A stretch of 64,000 bases of DNA from Mobula hypostoma (lineage: Eukaryota): contig NC_086097.1 of assembly GCF_963921235.1 (NCBI RefSeq), positions 44,146,001 through 44,210,000 on the forward strand, written 5' to 3'. The translations under genes and the position numbers were made by a program. The notes beneath the pieces were generated by a model, which did not search any database, was not told the DNA's origin, and worked only from the letters and a program-made list of their open reading frames with translations. Positions 51,956 through 64,000 of the stretch are shown piece after piece. The first letter of the stretch is position 1; each line of letters starts with the position of its first letter.

Positions 51956-54359
51956 TAATACAACACTAAGATTTGGTTTCTTGCAGGCATACACAGGAAA
52001 TTCAAGAAACACAATAGAATCAATGAAATACACCACCCAATAGGACAGACAAACAACTAATGTGCAAAAGACAACAAACTATGCAAATATAATAATAATA
52101 AAAATAAATAAGCAATAAACATCGAGAACATGAGATGAAGAATCCTTGAAAGTAAGTCCATAGGTGTGGGAACAGTTCAGTGATGGGCCAAGTAAAGTTA
52201 TCCCCTCTGGTTCAAAGGCCTGATGGTTGAGGGGTATAACTGTTCCTGAACCTGGTGGTGTGGGTCCTGGGGCTCCTGTACTTTCTTCCTGATGGCAGCA
52301 GCAAGAAGAATGCATGACCTGGATGGTAGGGGTCCTTGACGATGGATGGGGCTTCCCTGCAACAGCTCTCCATGTAGATGTGCTCAATGGTGGGGAGGGT
52401 TTCACCCATGATGGACTGGCCATATCCACAACCTATGACAATCTTCTACAGTATCCTCAACACCACCAACCTTTGTGTCATCTGCAAGCTTACTGACCCA
52501 CTCCTCCACTTTCTCATCCAAGTCATTTATATATATATTTTTTAAAAATCACAAAGCGCAGGAGTCTCAGGTCAGAGACTTGCAGATCACAACTGGTTAC
52601 TGACCTCCAGGCAGAATTATGGTCCATCGACCATCACCCTCTGCTTTCTATGGGCAAGTCAATTCTGAATTCACTCAGTTTCCACTGGTGAGTCTTGACT
52701 GAAGGAACACAGCCACAAGAGAAAAGAGAGGTCACTTAAAACTGAGGTGCTCAAAAGTTTCTTCTCAAAGAGAATCTCTGTAATCCTCTGCCCTGGCAGG
52801 TTTTGGAACCAGATCACTGGAGGTATTTAAAGTGAAGGGAAATTATATTCTGAAATAATTGAGAGCTATGAGGAACTGTCAAAGAAAGAAAGTTGAGTTC
52901 AGGGACATATCAGTCATGATCACCTTGAGTATTTGGGCATGCATGAGAGGGAAGGTTGTCTGATTTTGTTTCTGGACGTCATGTACTGGCGTTATGATAA
53001 CCCCTATAGTCTGGCTTCTATAAAATACCTTCCTATCAATTGATTCCTTTTCCTGTTGCAACCACCTGGACTAGATTTTTGGAAGTTCTTGATACTACAG
53101 CTCATCGACTAAGTGTGAAAACTCAAGAGTGGCGAGTGTCTTGTGTCCAGCTGGAATGCAGGAACACCTAAAATTATTTCAGATTCCAGAGAGTAATATT
53201 ACATTTAAAAGGCCATAAACATGTCCAATCTCTTTCATTTTAATAAAGTTATGAATGACGACGTGATCATATTTACAGACGGCAGGAATAAATTCAGATG
53301 AGAGATATAAATTTCGCAAATTGTAGTGTTGACAATGAAATAACTCAAATCATTCGGGCAATGAAACCGCTGCAAAGCGGCACCACGTTCCATGGCAGAG
53401 ACACAAGGCGGCAGTTTGTCCCCACACAAAAGGACTATGCAGCATCTGACTATAATGCTCCATAAACAGCAGACCACCTCTCTCGTTTATTTATATTATA
53501 AACTGTTTAAAACCACGGTGATTTAACATAATCCACTCGCTTTCTCAAAGGATGCCTTCTGCCTGTTTCTCCGAGAGAACGGGGATCGCCAGATTTGTTT
53601 TGGCGAGATCTTAAGAGCTGAGTTTCAAAAGAGACTCTCCCTCTATTTCAAAGCTGCAGCTGTACAGGATCTCGATTTGATCACATTTCTTAGCACACTC
53701 TTGGATTCAGTTACGTCTAATGGGCTATAAATCATGGACAGTGGTTGCGTCCAGCGTTTTAAAGCTTGGCGAATGCCTTAAACAATCTGCTTTAGTATTG
53801 CATTGCTTGAATCTTGAATTGGTGCTTTTGGTCTTCCAATACCTCCTTCAAATTATTGTTTAAACGTGCCCAAAACAAGTTGATTTAAGGAACTCCCTGG
53901 ACGGGTTATCGAATCTTTGCCCTTGCTTCACTATACTTTATAATCAATTCTTCACTTAAATAACCACTTATCATCGGCGATCGATAGTCCTTCTGCTATC
54001 TAAGCACGTACGGATAGTAACGTGAAAGTACGGGTTGCATTAACTTTAACCCAGTAATTGATACGAATCGAGTTTGTTCATCTTTCTTTCATTTTGCATT
54101 CAGACTTGTCTATTTAGGTGTTACTCGGATTGAATTCAAGTTACTTCGCATCTGGGAATATGCAAGTCGTATTGCAACGTATATAGCAAGACCGCCACCG
54201 TCAGCGGTCGTCCCTTACTACCGAAAGCAAATTCATGCGTGGGCGGCCAACAGCATCGTTAACGAGATAGATCTTGTTTCCTGACTGACGAAATATTGGC
54301 CCCTTCTTCAGAAAACATTTTACTTCTGCTACCGAATCTGAAATAAATATCAGTTTTAC

Positions 54360-54432
54360 CTTGGGCAAATCCACCGACAGCGAGGACCAAAATGCAGCAC
54401 CCTAGCATCGAATGAGCAGAGCGATGATCCAT
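54360..54432 (-). CDS. dlk1: Delta-like non-canonical Notch ligand 1, coding exon 1 (signal peptide)
   Basis: Minus strand reads gcagcaATGG (strong Kozak context), then MDHRSAHSMLGCCILVLAVGGFAQ+G, then donor G|gtaaaa. 73 nt, phase 1. Confidence 0.88.
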
Positions 54433-54856
54433 TGCTGCTTCCTTGCCGGGGGTTTATACACTTGTAACAGCCTAGGCAGTAGTTAGAAACATTTGTAATT
54501 CAGATCGAAATCGCAGTAATACCACGTTCGTCATCCCGCACAGGGGTCGTCCGTCCGTGAGATGATAAAGTTATATATTCCCACGAGAATTCGCGTCTCA
54601 ATGTCCCAGAAATAAAAACACCGGTTAAGATAATTTGGGTTTTAAATATGCAGGAGCGCAGGAGGGCAACAGAGTTTGCCTATAAATAAGAAAGAAAAGT
54701 GGGACTCTATTCTCAGATATTTAAGATGCGGTTAACCGCAACCAGTTATTTAAATACATTCGTGGAATGGGACAGGTAATAATTTATATCCTCCTTTGTT
54801 CGTCTTATTCGGAGGAGGGACTGATGAATCACGATTAACAACAGCAATAGTGAAAG

Positions 54857-54917
54857 ACACATCAAAGTTGCTGGTGAACGCAGCAGGCCAGCCAGCATCT
54901 GCAGAATTCCTCTTGTT
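54857..54917. mobile_element. 61-bp Penelope-type insert with 14-bp TSD upstream of dlk1
   Basis: TSD agcaatagtgaaag at 54843-54856 and 54918-54931. Sequence matches the two ends of the 19627-19864 element. Confidence 0.85.
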
Positions 54918-56351
54918 AGCAATAGTGAAAGGGCGGTTTACCTGAAGCTTGACAACCTTTTTCAGTTCCTGTGTGAGTAAAGGTGGTGTGAGAAGGGTGC
55001 TGTTGCGCCCGAACATTTTTGTTTAAAGTTCTTCGCTGGACTAGTATTATCTTACCTGCTGCCCAACACCGCCAAACAATGACCACAGACCAATCAATGA
55101 GGCCATATCGTCTGTCCAAACGTGAGAGTGCACCCCGAAAGACGCATGCGCCCACTCCAACCGGCGCTCTATATCAAAGCAAAGCCACTTTCTGAAAGGG
55201 TGCTTCGTGCCAGACATCAGTTATCTTGACAGCAAGTAAGAGAAAAATTGCTGAGGGCGTGACCCAATTAACGCTTTTAAAATTAGAAGGCGTTTTTGTA
55301 GTGGAAATGATTCTCTTTATAAATAAAAGCAATCTGCGTAAGACAATCACCAAGAAATCGGGAAGAAACTTCAGCACACAGAAAGTGGCGTCAATGTGCA
55401 GCTCGCTACATAAGGAGAAGCCACGGCAAGTAGCAGGGCAGTGTATGAAGCGACTGATACATGAAGGAAAACGGGCATTTCCGATGGGCAATAAACACCA
55501 ACCTCGACTGCTTGAATATCACGTGCTGTTTATGTGCCATAGGATTCGCATATATACCAATCTACATGAGGCGAACCTTAGACCTATTAGGAATAATCTT
55601 ATGCTGAGTTTTCCCCGTCACCTGTTTCTTTTTGTCAGTGATCACAAATCCGAGTTTTACTGTTATCAAATCATACATCATTTCCCTTTCTGTGTTTACC
55701 TATTCAATCATAGGTATCACTCTGGTCATATTTTTAAGCAGTTTACTTCATTTTTATCTGTCAAAATAATTAGCTGTAAGCATCACAATTCACTTTCTCT
55801 CTTAAAGCCTGCAGTCCCGCAAATCCCAGTGATTCCCCATTTTTGTGAGCTGTCGTCCTGCAGGACATGACGCTTGATTCACAGTCAGAAGGATGCGAGG
55901 TTAAGCCCCGATCCAGAGATTTGTACTCAAATATCCAGGCTAACGCTATAAAACAGTGATGCGGACTTCTGTCCCAATGAGCTGCCAATGGACGAGCGAT
56001 TAAACTGCAGTCCTTTTGTTGCTCATATGGAGAATATGCTTGACGAGTATGATAGTTATCCCTCATGGTGAGAAAAAAAATAAGGTAATACAGTAATCAC
56101 AGCACTGTTTGTGAACACACACTCAGTTCTAATTGGTTCATATGGGGGAAACGATGACTACTCTTCAAAAACTTTTTATTGAATATGAAGAGCTTTGGTA
56201 CATTCCGAGGTCATAAATGATTCTGTTGGCATTGGTTTAATATTTTACATGTGTACCAAGATACAGCGGAAAAGCTTGTCTTGCAGTACCGTTCATACAG
56301 ATCAACCCATTACACAGTGCACTAAAGTGGAGCAAGATAAAATAATAACAA

Positions 56352-56566
56352 AGCAAGAGAAAATCTGCAGGTGCTGTAAATCCAAAGCAACGCACACAAA
56401 ATGCTGGAGGAACTCAAGAGGCCGGGCAGCTTCTATGGAAAAGAGTAAACAGTCGTCGTTTTGGGCCGAGACCTTTCAGCAGGAGTCCTGATTACGTCGA
56501 CTGTTTACTCTCTTCCACAGATGCTGCCTGACTTGCTGAGTTCTTCCAGCATTTTGCGTGTGTTGC
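56352..56566. mobile_element. Palindromic Penelope-type insert with 14-bp TSD
   Basis: TSD taaaataataacaa at 56338-56351 and 56567-56580. Imperfect inverted arms; hammerhead cores degenerate. Confidence 0.8.
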
Positions 56567-57759
56567 TAAAATAATAACAATGCAGATTTAAGTGTAAAGG
56601 CTACAGCGAAAGTATATACAAATATAACGTTTAAATGTATAATTCACTGCAGCACAAACGGCATTTCCTGTGTTCATCAGTGACATAGCTAATGTTATCA
56701 CGGACCTCAAAATATGGCAATAAATATTGCTGTAAAATAGGTTTTCACATTCCAATCAGTTCGTCGTTTCTATTTTCACCGTTCACTCTAGCCTTTCATG
56801 ATACGAGAACGCTAACATTATTTTACAGAAGTTTCACCGTTAGGACAATTAATTGCAATCTCAATAGTGGTAACTCGGAAGAGAAAGGTTTGACCCACAC
56901 AAAGGAAGTCGTGCCAGATCACTTACTCTAGAGCTCGTGAGTCCAACCACAATCCGGATACCAAACGCTAGTGTCTTTGTTGGGCTACTCTCATTCACGT
57001 GGGAGCTCATCCACGTACCTATTTACAAAAAATAGATAGACATTTTCCAGAAGAACCACAGTAACAAGGCCGGAGATCACGAAGGAAAAAAAACAATTTT
57101 GATACACCTAAATCTCTTTAGCCCAGCCTTGCTGGGAAATAAACTAAAATTGTAATTGTGTTGTAATAATCCAGCTCAGTGGATCACGAATCGACTGATA
57201 CGCAGTCTGCTTTAGGAATTGCAAAGCACATTGCCTTCTTAAGTCAAACACCGTGGGTAATGCAACTAAACAATCTGCCGCACGAGCATTTCACCAGCTA
57301 CTGCAGCCAGAAGCTCGTACAAGACAGACACGTCCATCATTCTTTCCTTGCTTAGAGTACTGAGATGTGGTACCACATCAAAGCTCACACTACATTAAGT
57401 CAATGACCGAGTATTAGCCTCGTTTAATTCATCTTTCTTGTTTTTTAATCCAATTTATGTTCAGTTTGACAATAAATACTGGCGCCACTGCAATGTTGTG
57501 ATTTTCCCCCGTAAATTCGTCCTTTCAAAGTCAATTTGCATCTGACAGCTGACAGTGAAGGGCACTGAGACGTTTATACGAGGTATAAGTACAAGGAGTT
57601 GATTCCAAAATGTCCAGTTGCTTCTTAAAACTCATAGCTTTTTGTTTTGCTGCTAATGTCAGCAATCTACTTGATAATTATTTGATCAAGTTGTATTATT
57701 ATTTCCTCATTTTCATAAAGTAGTGGTTAAATTTGTCCAATAAAATTAGCTTGCATCCT

Positions 57760-58163
57760 TAGAACCATAGAACCATAGAAACTACAGCACAGAAACAGGC
57801 CCTTTGGCCCTTCTTGGCTGTGCCGAACCATTTTCTGCCTAGTCCCACTGACCTGCACACGGACCATATCCCTCCATGCACCTCCCATCCATGTATCTGT
57901 CCAATTTATTCTTAAATGTTAAAAAAGAACCCGCATTTACCACCTCGTCTGGCAGCTCATTCCATACTCCCACCACTCTCTGTGTGAAGAAGCCCCCCCC
58001 CGCTAATGTTCCCTTTAAACTTTTCCCCCCTCACCCTTAACCAATGTCCTCTGGTTTTTTCTCCCCTTGCCTCAGTGGAAAAAGCCTGCTTGCATTCACT
58101 CTATCTATACCCATCATAATTTTATATACCTCTATCAAATCTCCCCTCATTCTTCTACGCTCC
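57760..58163 (-). mobile_element. CR1 LINE 3' fragment
   Basis: ERRRMRGDLIEVYKIM; (ttctatgg)n tail. Confidence 0.88.
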
Positions 58164-60239
58164 TTCGTATTCAGAACTTTAATATTTTTAAACAATTGCG
58201 TACTATTTATTCTTCCAACTGAAAAGAGATTCAAATCATCATTAGCTTCTCATGTGTCGCTTCTTTAAATTCAGGCGTTAACCGGAAGATCTGACAGCTT
58301 TAACCTCTGGCTTCGGCATTCTGGGATACCGACCTGATTGAAACACATCGGTGCCCAAGGAGAGCATGGTGACCTGCCGCAATGATTATTATCCCAGTAG
58401 CATTTAGTTCCACTGCGACGAAGTGCTTTGAGTGGGTTGGTCGTGACGCATATAAACCCCCGCCTGAGAAGCGACTTGGATCCGCTCCAATTTGCCTCCT
58501 GTCACCAAGGTCAACAGCAGCTGCCATCTCGTTGGCTCTTCACTCAGCTCTATGGGTTCTCTTTCAAAGACTCTACGACTCATGTTCTCAGTATTGATTA
58601 ATGAATTAATTGTTTTTTTTATGTTTGTAGAAAGGTATTTTGATAATGGGTTTACTTTGAACTTTGATATATCCACTTCTGTCCCTATAAATGATAGTTT
58701 TTTTTTAAACGGGGACTGAAGCTGGTGTTTTGCCCAGGCCTGGTTGTACTTAGCCAAAATAAAAACATAAAATATTGGAGAAAATCAGCAGGTCAGGCAG
58801 CGTCTGCAGAAATAGACGATAAGGTATAGAAGCAGAATTAGGCCACTCAGCCCATCAAGTCTGCTCCGCCATTCCATCATGGCTGAGTAACTATCCCTCT
58901 CAACCCCCTTCTCGTGACTTCTCGTAACCTTTGACACCATTACTAATCACGAATTTATCAAACTCCGCTTTAAATATACTCAATGACTTAGCTTCCACAT
59001 CCATCATTGGTAACGAGTTCCCCAGATTCACCACAACCGGTTCCGACCTGAAACCTTAAATCTAACCCTCAAATCTCTGAGATTTTCCTCCTGCTCCAGT
59101 ACATTCTAATTTATTGCATAATTCACACAAAACTCCCCGTTAGATTTCACCTCTAGCTTGTATATACTGGATTTGATAAAAAAAAAGAACATCACTCCGA
59201 AATTAATTTCCTCTCTCAGTAGATGTTGATTTTTTTTCAGCGTGTTTACTTTTTAATTGTACAATGCATGTTTGATATTTACCCGGTACGGGATGAAATA
59301 TGTATGCTGATACCGTGATGTTAACCTTTTAGAGGCTCGCTTGAGAATCATGGAAAAAAAACCCTACTCACGTCCGTTACCTTCTCAAAGGATACAGTGT
59401 GAGCTGCTTTCTTATGCTAATGACCTAGCTCATCCCTTATTTAGCAAAATGTACACCGGGGCGCGTTGTTAAAATTCATTCAGCCTGCAAACCGGGTTAA
59501 TAATCGTTTGGGCAGCTACTGAAACCGGACAGTTAATCAGCATGAACCCGGTTCTTCGCTCACACATGGTTTATCAAGATCTTCAGTAACGTTGACGTAA
59601 AAACATAATTTTATTTTTTGAAAGTTGAATAAAAGGGTTCTTACTCTGGTAGCAGATTACAGGCGCTCTAAACGAATTTAAGAATACTCGGTCTCAATTA
59701 TCTTTTAATTTTTTATTCTTTTTTTTCTCGATGGGTTGTTTGACAGAAAAATAATATCAGACGATGTATTTCATTTGCTGAATATAAATAATAGTAATTT
59801 TCACGTGAAATTAGCCCATACTATAAAGCTCAGCTCAGATAACGGAAGGCTGAATGCGTATATTGACATTAACCTTTACTAACCAATGGAAACACACTCC
59901 TATTTCAAACGTGCGCATTTTAAGTAGGCATTTAATCACAACTCACCACTGATCACTACTCCTGGGTTTGCTCGGCTCTCTTCCGCATATCTCATCGTTT
60001 TCTTTCAATGCTGCATTCTTAACTAATAGAAAACACTACTAACCTCATTCTTGAACGCTTTAGTTGATCATTAGCATGCAAAGCCATTGGAAGAGAGTAT
60101 TCCAGAGATCCAGCACCTCCTGTGTAAACATGTGCGTTTTGAAGACCCGGTTCCAGTTATACATTGCCGACAGCGTTTGCCATTGTTGTTGATGTCAGGT
60201 CTGCTCCAGAGCTTGTCCTGACCCCTGACCTTTGGTAGT

Positions 60240-61670
60240 TATAGAAAACATAGAAAAACTACAGCACAACACAGGCCCTTCCACCCACAATGCTGTGCCG
60301 AACATGTACTTACTTTAGAAATTACCGAAGGTTACCCATAGCCCTCTATTCTTTTAAGCTCCATGTACCTATCCAAGAGTCTCTTAAAAGACCCTACTGT
60401 ATCGTCTCCACCACCATTGCCGGCAGCCCATTCCATGCACTCACCACTCTCTGCATAAAAAAAAATTTACCCCTGACATCTCCTCTGTACCTACTTCTAA
60501 ACACCTTAAAACTGTGCCCTCCTGTGATAGCCATTTCAGCCCTGGGGAAAAAGCCTCTGACTATCCACATGATCAATGCCTCACATCATCTTATACACCT
60601 CTATCAGGTCACCTCTCATCCACCATCACTCCAAGGAGAAAAGGCCAAGTTCACGCAACCTATTCTCATAAGGCATGCTCTCCGATCCAGGCAACATCCT
60701 TGTAAATCTCCTCTGCATCCTTTCTATGGTTTCCACATCCTTCCTGTAGTGAAGTGACCAGAACTGAACACAGTACTCCAAGTGGGGTCTGACCAGGGTC
60801 CTATATAACTGCAACATTACCTCTCGGCTCTTAAACTCAATCCCAAGGTTGATGAAGGCCAATGCACCGTATGCCTTCTTAACCACAGAGTCAACCTGTA
60901 CAGCAGCTTTGAGTGTCCAATGGACTTGGATTCCAAGATCTCTCTGATCCTTCACACTGCCAAGAGTGTTAGCATTAATATTAAATTCTGCCATCATATT
61001 TGACCTACAAAGATGAACCACCTCACACCAACATCCCATTTGCCTTCTCAATAGCCTGCTGGCCTGCTGCACCTGCAAACCAACCTTTTGTGATTCATGC
61101 AGAAGCACTCCCAAGTCCCTCTGCACAGCAGCATGCTGCAATTTTTACTATTTAAGTAATAATCTGTTCTTTCATTTTTCCTTCCAAAGTGGATGACCTC
61201 ACCTTTACCAACATTGTACTCTATCCACCAGACCCTTGCCCACTCGCTTAACCTATCTATATCACTCAGCAGACTCTCCATATCTTCTGCACAATTTGCT
61301 TTTCCACCCAATTTAGTATCATCAGCAAACGTAGATACACTACACTCGGTCCCCTCTTCCAGATCGTTAATGTATATCGTGAACAGTTGTGGGTCCAGCA
61401 CCGGCCCCTGTGGCACACCGCTCACCACTGATTGCCAACTAGAGTAACACCATGTATCCCAACTCTCTGCTTTCTACGAGTTAACCAATCCTCTATCCAT
61501 GCTAATACATCACCCCGAATTCTATGCATCCTTATCTTATGGATGAGTCTTTCATGAGGCAACTTATCGAATGCTTTCTGGAAATCCAAGTAAATAATGT
61601 CCATCTGTTCTCCTGTATCCACTATGCTTGTAATATCCTCAAAGAACTCCAGTAAATAAGTTTGTCAAAC
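60240..61670 (-). mobile_element. Two adjoining CR1 fragments from different subfamilies (junction near 61025)
   Basis: YLDFQKAFDKLPH, SGVPQG, FADDTK, RPHLEYCVQFWS. The CEVVH..RDLG segment occurs twice. Confidence 0.9.
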
Positions 61671-61671
61671 T

Positions 61672-62595
61672 TGTTCAGATTCCTTTTTGGTTTTGATGGG
61701 TCTTATGCTACATGCTCAAGGAGATCTGTTTTTTTTAGTGAGAATGATGTAATGATCTTTTGGAGGTCACCTGTTGTGATTTTCCCACCAATGTGAGGTC
61801 ACGTGATGACATGTACCCTGTGACTATATAAGGGTCTACTCAGGTGACGCAGTAGGGTTTTTAAGTTTGTAGATTTCCAGGTAGAACGTGCTGTGCCTCC
61901 GTTTCTCTTGCGTTTGTTTTTGTGACGCAGTTTCATTTTTAAAATGGTTGTGCATTCTGTTGAAAGATTCCATATTATTTGGATTGGAAATCTGTGGCTG
62001 GATGTGCCAATTTACTCAATTCCAACAGCTGAAGGGAGAGTGAAGAATTTATCGAAGGACCGCGAGAAGTCGGCATCGTTTGGCAGTTTAATAAAGAATT
62101 GACCTTATTGAGTCTTTGTTGGAGGAGTACTTGCATCGAGATAACTCTTGCCAGAAAGAGCAAGGAGTTCATGCAAAAAGGTGTTCTCTCTCTCTCTCTC
62201 TCTCTCTCTCAAAAGGAATTTAAGGTCAGTTGATTTAAACTGTTTATTTTCAGCATCGTGAATCCTGTGGACAGAACCGGCAGTAAAGTTGCGTCTGTGA
62301 AGAAATCCTTCTCCAGAGAAGTCTCTCCCAATTGAACGTGTAAAACTGTTGGACTTTCGAAGTTGTCGCTTGAAGAACTATATCTGACTGTATCACTTTA
62401 AGAACTGTTTTCGCATTTAACGCTTTAAGAACCAGAGCCGAGTGGCGAGTTGGTGAACGGTTGCATATCTGTTAACTTCCGGTTAAAGTTTTCCTTTGTT
62501 TTTATCCCCTTATCGTTTATACGTGTTTAATAAATGTTCGGTTGTTTTTATATAACCTGTCTTGATTGATATTCACTGTTGCCGTATACGTAACA
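61672..62595 (+). mobile_element. Probable solo LTR
   Basis: TGTT...AACA termini, TATATAAG near 61826, AATAAA near 62529, internal (CT)n. No clear TSD. Confidence 0.5.
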
Positions 62596-64000
62596 CTTAA
62601 AACAGGTCATTCTAGCAGTAGGTCAGATTTACTGTTGGAAGCTCCCAAACATTATTTCGTATACACAGTAATGCTTTACATCAATCTCAATCATCAATAA
62701 TCTATGCTTTCAACAACAAAAAACAAATTGTTGGAGGAATTCAAAATGTGAAACAGCATCTGTGGAGGCACAGGGATTGTTGATGTTTTGAATCAGGACT
62801 GATGTGAGATGATGAAGAGTTTTGACATAAATGTTGACTACCTCTTTGCTTCCACAGATGCTGCTTGTCTTTTTTATCCCCCGCCCCCCTTCAGATTCTA
62901 ACATTGGTATTTATTTTTGTCTTTGAGAACCTGTGTTTGCTGTATACAAGAGTATACAAATGCTGCTCCCTTGTTTACTTTAAAATGCCTGAGGTTACTT
63001 CACAGGAGGGTTCTCCCATTAGGAATATTGGGGCAAATGGGGGATAGGCATGTTCACGAAGCAGAGAAAAAGTTGATGGTTTTAAGGCTTGGGGTTTATT
63101 CAGCTGCATGTCTGACGAGTCAAGTGATTGACATTGGAAATAGGAGGACGGAGTTAGAGGAGTGAAGATATCCTGGATGTGTAAAGCAGGAGAGGATTGT
63201 AATGAAAGGGGGTAAGGTTATAGAGGGATTAGAAAATGGAGCTAACTTTTTAATATGGATTCATTGTGGGTTGATTATTAAAGGAGTAATTGGTGGATAG
63301 GACTTATAGTGAGTTAGAACAAGGATAATAGAACTTTGGGTAACCTTAGGTTATGGAGGGGGAAGGAAGTAGGAGACTGACCTGGGATGTGTTGGATCCA
63401 AGGCATAGGCAGAGTCAAGGATTGTTAGTTGTCTTCCAATAATAGATCTCAGACAAGCAGTCAGACAGCTTAGAAACTGTGGAGGGTTGGTGGCAGTTGT
63501 CCATTGTCCAGCACTTATTTTCTATGCTTAGATGATTTTAGTGCTTGTTTAGACACTTCTTAAGACTTCCTATTGATCAGCTTCCATCAACCTCCCAAAC
63601 ACTGTGATCCAGGTATTTGCCCTCTCTGGGTGAAAAGGGTCTCCTTTCCGATTTCCTCTAAGCCTCTTACCTCTTGCCTAAAATCTATATCCTCTACTTC
63701 TATCTACATTTGATATGGGGAAAGGTTTCCTGCCATCTATTACCTATACGCCTCATAATATTATATACCTTAACATCCCGCACTCTAAGAAAAACAGATC
63801 CATTCTTTCCTCTTAATTAAAATGCTCTCATTTGGCAAGAGTCAGATCCACCAACCTAAAACGCAGTTTTCAGAAATGGTATTTCAGAAAGATGAGTGTT
63901 GATTTGAAATAAGACCATAAGACACGGGAGTGGAATAAGGTCTCTGGGCCCATAGAGTAGCTACATCATTCAGTCATGGCTGACTTATTTTCCCTCTCAA

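Larger units (their letters stand above)
53280..55520. promoter_or_regulatory. CpG-enriched region spanning the dlk1 promoter, exon 1 and start of intron 1
   Basis: CpG density is visibly higher than in the rest of the window (not computed). TATA-like TATTTAAA on the minus strand at 54641-54648. Confidence 0.6.

Noticed and set aside
55226..55870. 214-aa plus-strand ORF divergent from dlk1
   Set aside because: Starts at a non-ATG codon and has no recognisable domain; likely a chance ORF. A divergent lncRNA cannot be excluded.
59947..60010. Possible upstream non-coding dlk1 exon (minus-strand donor gtgagt near 59941-59946)
   Set aside because: The acceptor is weak and there is no transcript evidence, so it cannot be supported from sequence alone.

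Overview
This is a repeat-rich vertebrate genomic window, probably from a cartilaginous fish and likely a ray. That assignment is an inference from the repeat landscape (CR1 LINEs, elasmobranch-type SINEs, Penelope termini). It holds one complete protein-coding gene, dlk1, on the minus strand. I assembled five coding exons by hand (54360-54432, 51083-51146, 46640-46770, 41491-41635, 29026-29794). All introns are GT-AG with compatible phases, giving 1182 nt / 393 aa: signal peptide, six EGF repeats, transmembrane helix and short tail. The promoter region is CpG-rich. The rest is mostly transposon debris: a decayed sushi-type Ty3/gypsy element, a CsRn1-like gypsy element, a BEL/Pao element, many CR1 and Rex1/Babar LINE fragments, SINEs, hAT-Charlie, Tc1 and Chapaev3 DNA transposon remnants, and a 30-bp minisatellite. 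The most notable hidden structure is a family of short, TSD-flanked, palindromic Penelope-derived inserts carrying minimal type I hammerhead ribozyme cores. One copy is a perfect 97-bp inverted repeat with the core on both strands, and a related 61-bp copy lies just upstream of dlk1. No prokaryote-type system (CRISPR, operon) is present. Repeat boundaries are approximate unless a TSD is given.
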